DNA of 64,000 nucleotides from Clostridia bacterium (GTDB lineage Bacteria; Bacillota; Clostridia; JAAYHZ01): NCBI GenBank assembly GCA_050950825.1, contig JBMNIH010000001.1, positions 1 to 64,000 of the forward strand, read 5' to 3'. Shown piece by piece: positions 1 to 9,724 of this stretch (position 1 is its first letter; each line of letters starts with the position of its first letter). The notes under the pieces were generated by a model. It saw only the letters and a program-made list of their open reading frames with translations, ran no database searches and was not told where the DNA came from. The position numbers and the translations under genes were made by a program.

Positions 1-51
1 ATTGGAGAAACCATACGAATTTAGTAAAATGAATATAGGGGGTTAATCCAA

Positions 52-357
52 ATGAAACACTATGATGATAAGTTCAAGGAACAAGTAATAAAAGAATGTC
101 AAGAAGTGGGTAATATTTCCCTTGTTGCTAGACGCCATGATATATCCAAAACTACTATATATGGTTGGATAAAAGCTTATAAGAAGAGAGGTTCAGTCAC
201 TCCACTTCCTAAAAATAAAGACAATAGAGTAAAAGAATTAGAACATAGGCTTAATGTTGTAAGCACAGAAAATGATAGATTAAAAAAGCTTGTTGCAGAA
301 AAAGAGTTAGAGCTGCTAATACTTAGAGAATTAAGGGATAGAGTAAACCCCAAGTAG
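52..357 (+). CDS. IS3-family transposase OrfA (HTH + leucine zipper)
   Basis: YDDKFKEQVIKE...VARRHDISKTTIYGW HTH followed by coiled coil; RBS GGGGG upstream. Confidence 0.92.
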   Translation: MKHYDDKFKEQVIKECQEVGNISLVARRHDISKTTIYGWIKAYKKRGSVTPLPKNKDNRVKELEHRLNVVSTENDRLKKLVAEKELELLILRELRDRVNPK

Positions 358-1316
358 CCGACAAGGTTGCAATTGCATTAAGGTGGATAAATAAAGGTTA
401 TGATATATCTTTAGTACTTGGCTTTGTCGGCATTGCTGCATCCACCTATTATGAATACATAAAAAGGCAATCAAAATCTAATAGAAATCATAATATTGCA
501 GCATCTAATAAAGATAATGGAAGGCCTAGACCTGGTTATTCATATACAAAGACCGGTAGAAAAGTATCTGATGAACAAATAAAGGAGTGGTTATGCAATT
601 TAATATCAGGAGATGGTTTTCCCTATGGTTACCGTAAACTAACAATATGTCTTAGAGAAGATTATGATCTAATTATCAATCATAAAAAAGTATATAGGCT
701 GTGTAAAGAATTAGATATACTAAGACCTCAAAGAAAAATAAAGGAAAAGAGTTCTAAGCATTTAGCTAAGAAAGAAACAATATCAGCTCCCAATGAGCTT
801 TGGGAAATGGATGTAAAATACGGATATATAAGCGGAGAAGATAAATTCTTCTTTCAACTATCTCTAATAGATGTATTTGACAGAAGCATTATAGATTATC
901 ATATAGGCTTATCCTGTAAAGCTTCTGATGCTTGCAATGTATTGAGAAATAGTATAAGAAAGCGCAATATATATGGTGGTTTAAGGACACCTAAGATAAG
1001 GACAGACAATGGCCCTCAATTTGTATCTAAAGAATTTGAAGAATTCTGCAACAGCAATAATATAGTTCATCAAAGGATACCAGTAAAAACTCCTAATATG
1101 AATGCACACATAGAATCATTCCATTCAATATTGGAAGATGAATGTTACAGTCGCAATGAATGGAACAATTTTAAGGAGGCATACGAAACAATAACTGAAT
1201 ATATGAATTATTATAATAATCGCAGAAGGCATGGAAGCATAAAATATATGGCTCCAAATAAATTCTATGAAGCAATTATGAGAAAGAATGTAAAAGCTAA
1301 AGCATTTGCTGCATAA
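342..1316 (+). CDS. IS3-family transposase OrfB (DDE integrase core), -1 frame relative to OrfA, probably expressed as an OrfAB fusion
   Basis: The -1 frame is open from 342, well upstream of the ATG at 807 (YGYRKL, NHKKVYRL, WEMDVKY, RTDNGPQF, NAHIESF motifs). Confidence 0.9.
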   Translation, partial: SKPQVADKVAIALRWINKGYDISLVLGFVGIAASTYYEYIKRQSKSNRNHNIAASNKDNGRPRPGYSYTKTGRKVSDEQIKEWLCNLISGDGFPYGYRKLTICLREDYDLIINHKKVYRLCKELDILRPQRKIKEKSSKHLAKKETISAPNELWEMDVKYGYISGEDKFFFQLSLIDVFDRSIIDYHIGLSCKASDACNVLRNSIRKRNIYGGLRTPKIRTDNGPQFVSKEFEEFCNSNNIVHQRIPVKTPNMNAHIESFHSILEDECYSRNEWNNFKEAYETITEYMNYYNNRRRHGSIKYMAPNKFYEAIMRKNVKAKAFAA

Positions 1317-1325
1317 TCTCCATAA

Positions 1326-3359
1326 TTAGGGGGTCAAACCGACGGAAACCGAGCTTCGTTGGAATACGCCAACGGGAATGTAACCGAATACGAATACAAC
1401 TTGGCAAAGAGGGGCACCGATTAATCGGGACACGGAATGCTTTTCCATGTATTCGCTCATGTCGATGCGAATCATGTTCTGCTCCGTATCGAAAAGACTT
1501 TCGGCAAGGGCTTTCGCCAATTCGGTTTTTCCTACCCCGGTAGGACCTAAAAAGATGAACGAACCGATGGGTTTTCGAGGATCTTTTAATCCCGCTCTGG
1601 CCCGTATCACCGCATCGGCGACAGCTTTTACCGCTTCATCCTGCCCTACCACTCTTCGGTGCAGAATTTCCTCTAAATGCATCAATTTGTCTCGTTCCGC
1701 TTCCATAAGCTTCGCTACCGGTATCCCTGTCCAATGGGAAACAATTTCCGCGATTTCCTCTTCGGTTACCTCTTCCTTTAGTAAGCGGTTTTCTTGCAAA
1801 TTCTTCATTTGCTCATATTCCCGTTCCTTCTGCGGAAGGATTCCGTATTTCAATTTGGCCGCCAATCCCAAATCGTATCCTCTTTCGGCTTCTTCGATTT
1901 CCTTGCGAATATTTTCGATTTCCTCTTTCAGTCGTTTCTGTTCGCCGATCTTTTTCTTTTCTTCTTCCCACTGAAGCGTAAGGCGGTCATTTTCGGCTTT
2001 CAGTTCCGCGATTTCTTCCACAAGCGCTTCGTAACGTTTTTTCGATTGCAAGTCCGTTTCTTTCTTTAATGCTTCTCGTTCAATTTCCAACTGCAGAATC
2101 TTACGGTTGATTTGGTCCAGCTCCGTAGGCATACTGTCCACTTCCGTTCTCAGCTTCGCCGCCGCTTCATCCATCAAATCAATGGCCTTATCCGGCAAGA
2201 ATCGATCGCTGATATATTTATCCGACAACGTCGCGCATGCAATGATGGCATTGTCGGTGATACGGACCCCGTGATGGATCTCGTATTTTTCTTTCAAGCC
2301 TCTTAATATGGAAATGGTGTCCTCCACATTGGGAGCTTCCACCAAAACCTGCTGGAATCTTCTTTCCAATGCGGCGTCTTTCTCAATGTATTTTCTGTAT
2401 TCCGATAAGGTGGTGGCACCGATGCAATGCAGCTCGCCTCGGGACAAAGCCGGCTTCAAAATATTCCCCGCATCCATGGCACCTTCCGTCCTTCCCGCAC
2501 CTACAATGTTATGGAGCTCGTCTATGAACAGGATGATTTTTCCGTCGGATTTAATAACCTCGTTCAAGACCGCTTTCAAGCGTTCCTCGAATTCTCCTCG
2601 ATATTTTGCTCCGGCAATCAAAGCGGCCATATCCAAAGCGAAGATGGTTTTGTCTTTTAAATTCTCCGGTACATCGCCCTTGTGAATTCGCTGCGCCAAC
2701 CCTTCCACAATGGCCGTTTTACCTACGCCGGGTTCGCCTATGAGAACCGGGTTGTTTTTCGTCCTTCGGGTCAGGATTCGTATGGTTCTTCTGATTTCAT
2801 CGTCTCTTCCGATAACCGGGTCCAAACGCCCTTCCGCAGCCATCTTTACCAAATCTCGGCCGTATTTTTCCAACACGTTGTAGGTATCCTCCGGATTCGG
2901 TGACGTTACTCTTTGGTTCTTTCTTACGGCTTGCAGAGCTTTTAAAAACGTGTTCTTGTTAACATTATGGCGGTTTAGAATGCCGGTTACACGACTGCTT
3001 GCTTTATCTAGCAAAGCCATAAAAAGATGCTCAACGCTAATGTATTCATCTTTAAAATTCTTCGCTATATTCTCCGCTTCAATGAAGATCTTGTTAAGCT
3101 CTGCAGAGACATACGGATTCTGGGCAGCGGTACCGGTTACCGAAGGAAGGGAATTTACAAGACCTTCCGCATCCTTTTTCACCGATTCCACATCCACGGA
3201 CATATATTTTAAAAGCTGAGGAATCAAGCCTTCTTCTTGATATAGCAAGGAATACAGCAAATGAGCCGACCCGATTTCCGGGTTGCCGTGGCTTAATGCC
3301 ACCTTTTGCGTATCCATTATTGCTTCAGCCGCTTTTTGCGTCAATTTTTCCATATTCAT
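1326..3359 (-). pseudogene. clpB: ClpB chaperone, truncated within NBD2 (clpB homology ends ~1409)
   Basis: N-domain, NBD1 ([14 protein letters not shown]), M-domain coiled coil and NBD2 Walker A (GPTGVGKT) are present. SRLIGAP is followed by 27 unrelated residues instead of PGYVGY; the stop lies inside the IS right end. Confidence 0.93.
1342..1408 (+). pseudogene. Rhs/YD-repeat gene remnant (~22 codons)
   Basis: The + frame from 1341 reads (D)[21 protein letters not shown], which fits a clostridial YD-repeat pattern. The segment belongs to neither the IS nor clpB. Confidence 0.7.
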
Positions 3360-3392
3360 ACGTTTTTATCACCCCTTGCATTCTTTCGTTTT

Positions 3393-4340
3393 TTAACGTC
3401 GCGGAGCAACCGGATTATGCTCCATTAATTCTCTGTACAGTTTTTTCATTTTTTCGTCGATCACAGGAGGATTGACGATGGAAATATTCAAATAAAGGTT
3501 GCCTCGATTATGGTTTCGATCCGTATATCCTTGTCCCGGAATCCGAAGCTTGTTTCCGGTATTGATTCCGGGAGGGATGTTGACGTTCATTTTCTTCCCG
3601 TCCGGCATATCCACCAATATACCGGTACCTAATGCCGCTTCCCAAGGTAACAATTCGACCTTCTTTTCCATATCCAAACCGTTTACCTTGTATTGCGCAT
3701 TCGGCGAAAAGTTAATTTTAATGTACATATCGCCGTTCGGACCGCCGTTCACTCCTTCGGAACCTTGTCCTTTCAGCTTAATTTGCTCTCCTTCCTTAAT
3801 ACCTACCGGTATTTTAATATCCAAGGTCTTCGCTTTGCCGTTGACATTTACCGTTACCTTAACCGATTTTCCTAACAAAGCATCTGTCGGGTCGATTTCA
3901 AGGTGAGACGTAATGTCTTCTCCCTTTCGTTTGACGGACCTTGCACCTCGGGATCCGAACCCGAAAATGGACCCTAAGATATCGTCGGTATTGAAGCCGT
4001 CCGATCCTCCGCCGAAAAACATATTAAAAAAATCGGAAAATCCGCTTGCATTTCCCGTTTGGTAATAGGTTCTGTTAAATCCGAACTGTGAAGGATCGAA
4101 TTCGAATCCGTCGTTGAAGTCCATCCGGTGTCCGAATTGGTCGTATTTTTTCCTTTTCTCTTTGTCGCCTAACACTTCGTAGGCTTCGCTGATCTCTTTG
4201 AACTTTTCTTCCGCTTCTTTATTACCGGGATTCGCGTCCGGATGATATTTTTTCGCCAGCTTTCGATAGGCTTTTTTGATTTCTTCATCTGTTGCATCCT
4301 TTTTCACACCGAGAATCTCGTAATAATCTTTAAACTTCAA
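3393..4340 (-). CDS. DnaJ-class co-chaperone without zinc finger (CbpA-like)
   Basis: J-domain with HPD, G/F-rich region, DnaJ C-terminal domain, no CxxCxGxG repeats; TTG start. Confidence 0.92.
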   Translation of the reverse strand: MKFKDYYEILGVKKDATDEEIKKAYRKLAKKYHPDANPGNKEAEEKFKEISEAYEVLGDKEKRKKYDQFGHRMDFNDGFEFDPSQFGFNRTYYQTGNASGFSDFFNMFFGGGSDGFNTDDILGSIFGFGSRGARSVKRKGEDITSHLEIDPTDALLGKSVKVTVNVNGKAKTLDIKIPVGIKEGEQIKLKGQGSEGVNGGPNGDMYIKINFSPNAQYKVNGLDMEKKVELLPWEAALGTGILVDMPDGKKMNVNIPPGINTGNKLRIPGQGYTDRNHNRGNLYLNISIVNPPVIDEKMKKLYRELMEHNPVAPRR

Positions 4341-4439
4341 ACACCTTCACCTCTTTTCATTCGTATGCACACCAATCGCTTGGACACATACTCACTTTAT
4401 ATTTATACACAAATTCATCGCTTTATTTCACAAACTGTC

Positions 4440-4456
4440 TTTGACTTTCTTTGACT
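4440..4456 (-). promoter_or_regulatory. CtsR operator
   Basis: Minus strand AGTCAAA-GAA-AGTCAAA matches the CtsR heptad direct repeat; directly downstream of the -10 box. Confidence 0.85.
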
Positions 4457-4485
4457 ATTATATAGCAAAACAGGATGCTTTGCAA
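4457..4485 (-). promoter_or_regulatory. sigma-A promoter of dnaJ-clpB
   Basis: TTGCAA-17 bp-TATAAT on the minus strand. Confidence 0.75.
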
Positions 4486-4527
4486 TATATTGATTAAAAA
4501 AATTTGCAGGTATTTTAGAATTGTAAG

Positions 4528-5386
4528 CTATTGTCCGCCGGTTAAAAGGCTTTGAAGCTCGTTCATATATTCTTTTTTGTACGATCTTTGGAGCCGTGCG
4601 TAAAGCTCTATATACTCCTCGACCTCCGTATGATAGTCCAATAAATCGAGAAAAACGATCCTCCAATCATACTCGCTGCTGCGTGAAAAAACGAAGCCTT
4701 CTTTATCCAATAGTTTTTGGTATTTGTCTGCAATGGTTTCGAAATTTCCCGCATCATCCAATGAAAAGCTGTCCAGTACGACTTTTGTGAAGGCATCGAT
4801 TCGGTAGTTTTTTAAAATACGTCGGGTAATGGTATCCTCCCCTTCGGTGATGTAGATGCTCTCCGGCGCCAAAATACCGGTGTCCACGGTGTAGCCTGTG
4901 AATAACGATACATACGAAGGAATTTGCTTTACCGTTTCGTCGAAATATAGCATGCCGGTAGGGTCGATTTTGTAATGCTTGTTTTCGATTCCGTATTTGA
5001 TCAATTTGTTTGCTTCCGGGTTCGAAAACAACCAATCGATGTATCGTACGGCGGCTTGCTTGTCTTGGCAGCTCTCGTTCACTACGAACATACTGTGTTT
5101 ATTGATATCGCCTTGACCCGTAAGAATTACATTCTTGGGATCCAAGAAAAATACATCATAATTCACCTTATCCTTTTCGAAATCGTATCTGTCCGAGAAA
5201 AGATTAAAATACATATCAATACCGGCCAATACTCTCTTTTCATTGTCCGATTCTCTCGTTTCAATGGAATACTGTTCGAATAAATTGCGGTATTCGTATA
5301 ACAATTCCAAAATATTCGTTTCTTCGATACGGTAAAGCTTTTTCGAGGCATCGTTTCGCTTCAGATAGTACATATATGTCCGCTTT
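4528..5386 (-). pseudogene. C-terminal part of an IS-split extracellular solute-binding lipoprotein
   Basis: AAVRYIDWLFSNPEANKLIKYGIENKHY motif typical of carbohydrate SBP C-halves; abuts IS copy 2. Confidence 0.75.
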
Positions 5387-5457
5387 CTATTTAGCCCCCT
5401 AATATAATTGGAGAAACCATACGAATTTAGTAAAATGAATATAGGGGGTTAATCCAA

Positions 5458-5763
5458 ATGAAACACTATGATGATAAGTTCAAGGAACAAGTAATAAAAG
5501 AATGTCAAGAAGTGGGTAATATTTCCCTTGTTGCTAGACGCCATGATATATCCAAAACTACTATATATGGTTGGATAAAAGCTTATAAGAAGAGAGGTTC
5601 AGTCACTCCACTTCCTAAAAATAAAGACAATAGAGTAAAAGAATTAGAACATAGGCTTAATGTTGTAAGCACAGAAAATGATAGATTAAAAAAGCTTGTT
5701 GCAGAAAAAGAGTTAGAGCTGCTAATACTTAGAGAATTAAGGGATAGAGTAAACCCCAAGTAG
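5458..5763 (+). CDS. IS3-family transposase OrfA
   Basis: Identical translation to 52..357. Confidence 0.92.
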   Translation: MKHYDDKFKEQVIKECQEVGNISLVARRHDISKTTIYGWIKAYKKRGSVTPLPKNKDNRVKELEHRLNVVSTENDRLKKLVAEKELELLILRELRDRVNPK

Positions 5764-6722
5764 CCGACAAGGTTGCAATTGCATTAAGGTGGATAAATAA
5801 AGGTTATGATATATCTTTAGTACTTGGCTTTGTCGGCATTGCTGCATCCACCTATTATGAATACATAAAAAGGCAATCAAAATCTAATAGAAATCATAAT
5901 ATTGCAGCATCTAATAAAGATAATGGAAGGCCTAGACCTGGTTATTCATATACAAAGACCGGTAGAAAAGTATCTGATGAACAAATAAAGGAGTGGTTAT
6001 GCAATTTAATATCAGGAGATGGTTTTCCCTATGGTTACCGTAAACTAACAATATGTCTTAGAGAAGATTATGATCTAATTATCAATCATAAAAAAGTATA
6101 TAGGCTGTGTAAAGAATTAGATATACTAAGACCTCAAAGAAAAATAAAGGAAAAGAGTTCTAAGCATTTAGCTAAGAAAGAAACAATATCAGCTCCCAAT
6201 GAGCTTTGGGAAATGGATGTAAAATACGGATATATAAGCGGAGAAGATAAATTCTTCTTTCAACTATCTCTAATAGATGTATTTGACAGAAGCATTATAG
6301 ATTATCATATAGGCTTATCCTGTAAAGCTTCTGATGCTTGCAATGTATTGAGAAATAGTATAAGAAAGCGCAATATATATGGTGGTTTAAGGACACCTAA
6401 GATAAGGACAGACAATGGCCCTCAATTTGTATCTAAAGAATTTGAAGAATTCTGCAACAGCAATAATATAGTTCATCAAAGGATACCAGTAAAAACTCCT
6501 AATATGAATGCACACATAGAATCATTCCATTCAATATTGGAAGATGAATGTTACAGTCGCAATGAATGGAACAATTTTAAGGAGGCATACGAAACAATAA
6601 CTGAATATATGAATTATTATAATAATCGCAGAAGGCATGGAAGCATAAAATATATGGCTCCAAATAAATTCTATGAAGCAATTATGAGAAAGAATGTAAA
6701 AGCTAAAGCATTTGCTGCATAA
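5748..6722 (+). CDS. IS3-family transposase OrfB (-1 frame)
   Basis: Same as copy 1; DDE motifs. Confidence 0.9.
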   Translation, partial: SKPQVADKVAIALRWINKGYDISLVLGFVGIAASTYYEYIKRQSKSNRNHNIAASNKDNGRPRPGYSYTKTGRKVSDEQIKEWLCNLISGDGFPYGYRKLTICLREDYDLIINHKKVYRLCKELDILRPQRKIKEKSSKHLAKKETISAPNELWEMDVKYGYISGEDKFFFQLSLIDVFDRSIIDYHIGLSCKASDACNVLRNSIRKRNIYGGLRTPKIRTDNGPQFVSKEFEEFCNSNNIVHQRIPVKTPNMNAHIESFHSILEDECYSRNEWNNFKEAYETITEYMNYYNNRRRHGSIKYMAPNKFYEAIMRKNVKAKAFAA

Positions 6723-6747
6723 TCTCCATAATTAGGGGGTCAAACCG

Positions 6748-7516
6748 CTTTCATCAAAGGCCATGTCGTAACCCGCTTCCTCAATAATGCTGTTTATTAC
6801 ATAACGCCAAGTAAAAAAATTTGATCTCGGTCCTCCAAAAGGCCTTTATTATAAATTTCAATACAGGCGTTTATCGCATCTCGTAAAGTATATATACCGG
6901 AGACATCGATTTTATCACGTATCGTTTTATGGACAATGAGCACATAGCAATTCAAATAGGTCGGCGGAGTAAGGATACCGTAAATTCGGTCTTGTATACT
7001 CATGACGGGAAGAAGGTTCGGGTATTCGGTGATAAACCCCAAAAGATACGGAGTTTGGTTATTAATGTAATCGGTCAAATCCGTTGCGTAACCGGAACGA
7101 ACGGCTTGATGCAGCGTATGAGACCTTGCCGGGAACAAACTAAACGTATGCAATACAAAGAAAATGTCGGGACCCAAACCGGCATTGATAGATGATTCCA
7201 AAACCTCCGAATAGTAAGGATAATACAAATGCATTTTATAGCGTATAGGATCCTTATCGGAAAGCTCCTCCGTCAGCATTCGAACGGTGATGCCGAGAAG
7301 ATCTCTGCTTTTTACGTTCAGTTCTTCGAAAATCTCCAAATACTCGTTCTTGTTTTCAAAATAGGGTAACAGGATGGTAAGCTCTATTTGCTCTGAAGCC
7401 TTCGAAGGTACGGACGGCACGCGTCTTGTTGTATCGGCAGGCTTTTCGAAAAAGCTAAGAGACGAACAGGATGATAAAAACAATACGATCGTAACGATGA
7501 GTATTAATCTTTTCAT
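6748..7516 (-). pseudogene. N-terminal part of the IS-split solute-binding lipoprotein
   Basis: Signal peptide with lipobox (FLSSC), GPDIFFV and DLTDYI SBP motifs; ORF stops at 6797, ~50 bp before the IS. Confidence 0.75.
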
Positions 7517-7654
7517 TTATCATAACCCTCACTTGTTTTTGTTTTCGAAAGCAAAGTTAACCGGATTAAAGGTAAAAATTCGCCCCTTCTATACCTTAAT
7601 ATTACAATAACTTTCAATATATTTCAATGAAAAGGAAAAAGGAATGATAGCATG

Positions 7655-7688
7655 AAAAAAAGGGAAACTTTTTTCGGTTCCCCTTTTT
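7655..7688 (-). terminator. Intrinsic terminator after GH20
   Basis: A-tract, GGGAAAC...GTTCCCC stem, T-tract. Confidence 0.6.
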
Positions 7689-7719
7689 ATGTCGACGTGA
7701 ATTATGATTTTTGAAGCGT

Positions 7720-9615
7720 TTATCGAAGCGTGGCGCCGATGGATATTCGGGATGCCGACGGTATACGGGCGTAATTGTTGCAGCCGGTGATTCCCGGTTG
7801 GTTATGATACGGAAGCTTCTTTTCTTCCAGCTCTTCCAATCGGTAGATCTTACCGTCCAAATAGTCGGACAGACGCTTTTTCACCGAATCGATTCTTGCC
7901 ATGACGCCGCCGTAGCGAATGTCCATGATTTCCCAACCCTGCGGTTTGTTGATTTCAAAGAACCAATTCATATGGTCTTCCCATAGTATTCGTACCTTCT
8001 CCTTTAATTCCGGAAGAACGACTTCGACAACTTCCTTTAAATACTCTTTGTCGTTTTCATGATACGCTTTGGTGATCTTCTTCCCTAAGTCGCCTTTGAT
8101 GGCCAAAACGTCGGAAAGCTTACGAATGTATCGGAAGATGAAAGAATACCGACATCCGTGGGATTCGTAATAGGCCATTTCTTTTGAAAGATTCGTATAA
8201 TGCTCGGTAAGGTTGTAATCCTTCATGTTCTCATCGAACATGCCCATCAATATATCTTGCCACATGCAGTACTTGGCAGGGTCCGGAGACAGAGGATCCT
8301 TAGGCTTTATACGATCTACTCGATCCAATGCAAAGAAAGCCTTCGCCGATGTTTGGCAGCAGAATTCAAACCGCCTCATTACCGTTTCCCTATCCGGATT
8401 GAGAGAATATCCGTGTTCCGCATAAAGCTGCAAGCCTAACAGCGTGGAAAATACGTTTGCTTCCGTCATGTCGTCTCCCCATATGGTGGCAAACACTTCT
8501 TTTATACCCTTTTCCTTGCATACCTCCAATGCGGCATCGGTGGTTATAAAGGTTTTTTCATAGTTGGTACCGTAGCCGATCCAGCTCCAAACGGCTCCTG
8601 CAAATACGGTGCCGTCGGCGAGGGTTTTGTGAAGGTCGACATACTTTTCGTAAAAGTCTTTCGTAATGTGATAGTAGTCCCAGTAGACCGGTTGAACGTT
8701 CTTCGGAATCATGGCCTTCATTTCATCGGTAAAGACCACGGAGGTATCGTAGTATGAATTCGTTTTGGATACGGCTCTAAAGAACATGTCGCTCCATATC
8801 ATGGGCTTCAAGCCGTGCTTTTCTACGATCTCCAAAACTCGCTTCAAGTGATAGATCATGATTTCGAATTTGGGCGTATATCCGTTTTTACTTAAATACT
8901 GACCCAATCCCAAATGCATGGCTTCGTCCATACCGATATGAATTCTCTTGGATTTAAAGGGCTTGGAAGCGGCTACAATCATTTCTTCAATGAATTTATA
9001 TGTTTCGGGATGCCCTACCAAAAGGGTATCGTCATCGTCTTTAAATTCGTTGAAGACCGGCCATTTCAGGGAATCGTACAGATGTGCCAAGGTCTGCATG
9101 CAAGGTATCATCTCTATACCGAACAAATCGGCAAATTCGTCGCAATCCCTTAATTCTTCTTCGGTGTATTTGCCTCTCATGTAACCGAAGAAGGGCCTGT
9201 TTTCCAAGACATAATTGTCTTCCATATAGATCATGAGCATATTGAGCCCCATTTTGGCCATTTCAATGATGATACGCTTAATGTACTCGGGTTTGATGAC
9301 GGCGTTTCCTTGAGCGATATCGAACATGGCCCCGTTTAGGTCGAAATAGGGAGTTTCCTCAATGACAAATGAATCCTTTCCTTCGGAAAAGGTTTCCAAA
9401 AGACGAGTCAAACCGCGGAAAAAGCGGATCTTTTTCGCATAGCGTATTACGCCCGATCCTTTTTCCATTTTTGCATAAACCTTATCTTCTTCGCAGGGAA
9501 CAACGTCGATCACGTATTCCGGGTTTTCGTCTGTGATGACAAAGCGGAATTCTCCGGCCATAATTTGGAGTCCTTGCTTTAAATCATCGGGTACATTTAA
9601 AAATTTGATTTTCAT
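7720..9615 (-). CDS. GH20 beta-N-acetylhexosaminidase (GcnA-like)
   Basis: IHIGMDEA catalytic motif, QTLAH, MIWSDMFF, TIWGDD. Confidence 0.88.
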   Translation of the reverse strand: MKIKFLNVPDDLKQGLQIMAGEFRFVITDENPEYVIDVVPCEEDKVYAKMEKGSGVIRYAKKIRFFRGLTRLLETFSEGKDSFVIEETPYFDLNGAMFDIAQGNAVIKPEYIKRIIIEMAKMGLNMLMIYMEDNYVLENRPFFGYMRGKYTEEELRDCDEFADLFGIEMIPCMQTLAHLYDSLKWPVFNEFKDDDDTLLVGHPETYKFIEEMIVAASKPFKSKRIHIGMDEAMHLGLGQYLSKNGYTPKFEIMIYHLKRVLEIVEKHGLKPMIWSDMFFRAVSKTNSYYDTSVVFTDEMKAMIPKNVQPVYWDYYHITKDFYEKYVDLHKTLADGTVFAGAVWSWIGYGTNYEKTFITTDAALEVCKEKGIKEVFATIWGDDMTEANVFSTLLGLQLYAEHGYSLNPDRETVMRRFEFCCQTSAKAFFALDRVDRIKPKDPLSPDPAKYCMWQDILMGMFDENMKDYNLTEHYTNLSKEMAYYESHGCRYSFIFRYIRKLSDVLAIKGDLGKKITKAYHENDKEYLKEVVEVVLPELKEKVRILWEDHMNWFFEINKPQGWEIMDIRYGGVMARIDSVKKRLSDYLDGKIYRLEELEEKKLPYHNQPGITGCNNYARIPSASRISIGATLR

Positions 9616-9724
9616 ATACTGCCCTCCATAAAAAAGACCGTAATTCGTATTTTGGCTCTTTGTCCATTATACTACATCACGGTCTTGTTTTCACTTACTC
9701 GATTCTATTCTTTTCATGTTTATC

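Larger units (their letters stand above)
1..1341 (+). mobile_element. IS3-family insertion sequence, copy 1 (left ~20 bp lie outside the window)
   Basis: Matches 5407-6747 at offset 5406 with identical ORF translations. orfA (HTH) and orfB (DDE) layout. Right end ...TCTCCATAATTAGGGGGTCAAACCG, after which the two copies diverge. Much more AT-rich than flanking genes. Confidence 0.95.
5387..6747 (+). mobile_element. IS3-family insertion sequence, copy 2 (complete, ~1361 bp)
   Basis: Imperfect terminal IRs (CTATTTAGCCCCCTAATATAATTGGAGA vs CGGTTTGACCCCCTAATTATGGAGA); CTTT duplicated at 5383-5386 and 6748-6751. Confidence 0.95.

Noticed and set aside
807-1316. 169-aa ORF as a stand-alone integrase
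   Set aside because: The frame is open from 342; this is only the C-terminal part of IS3 OrfB
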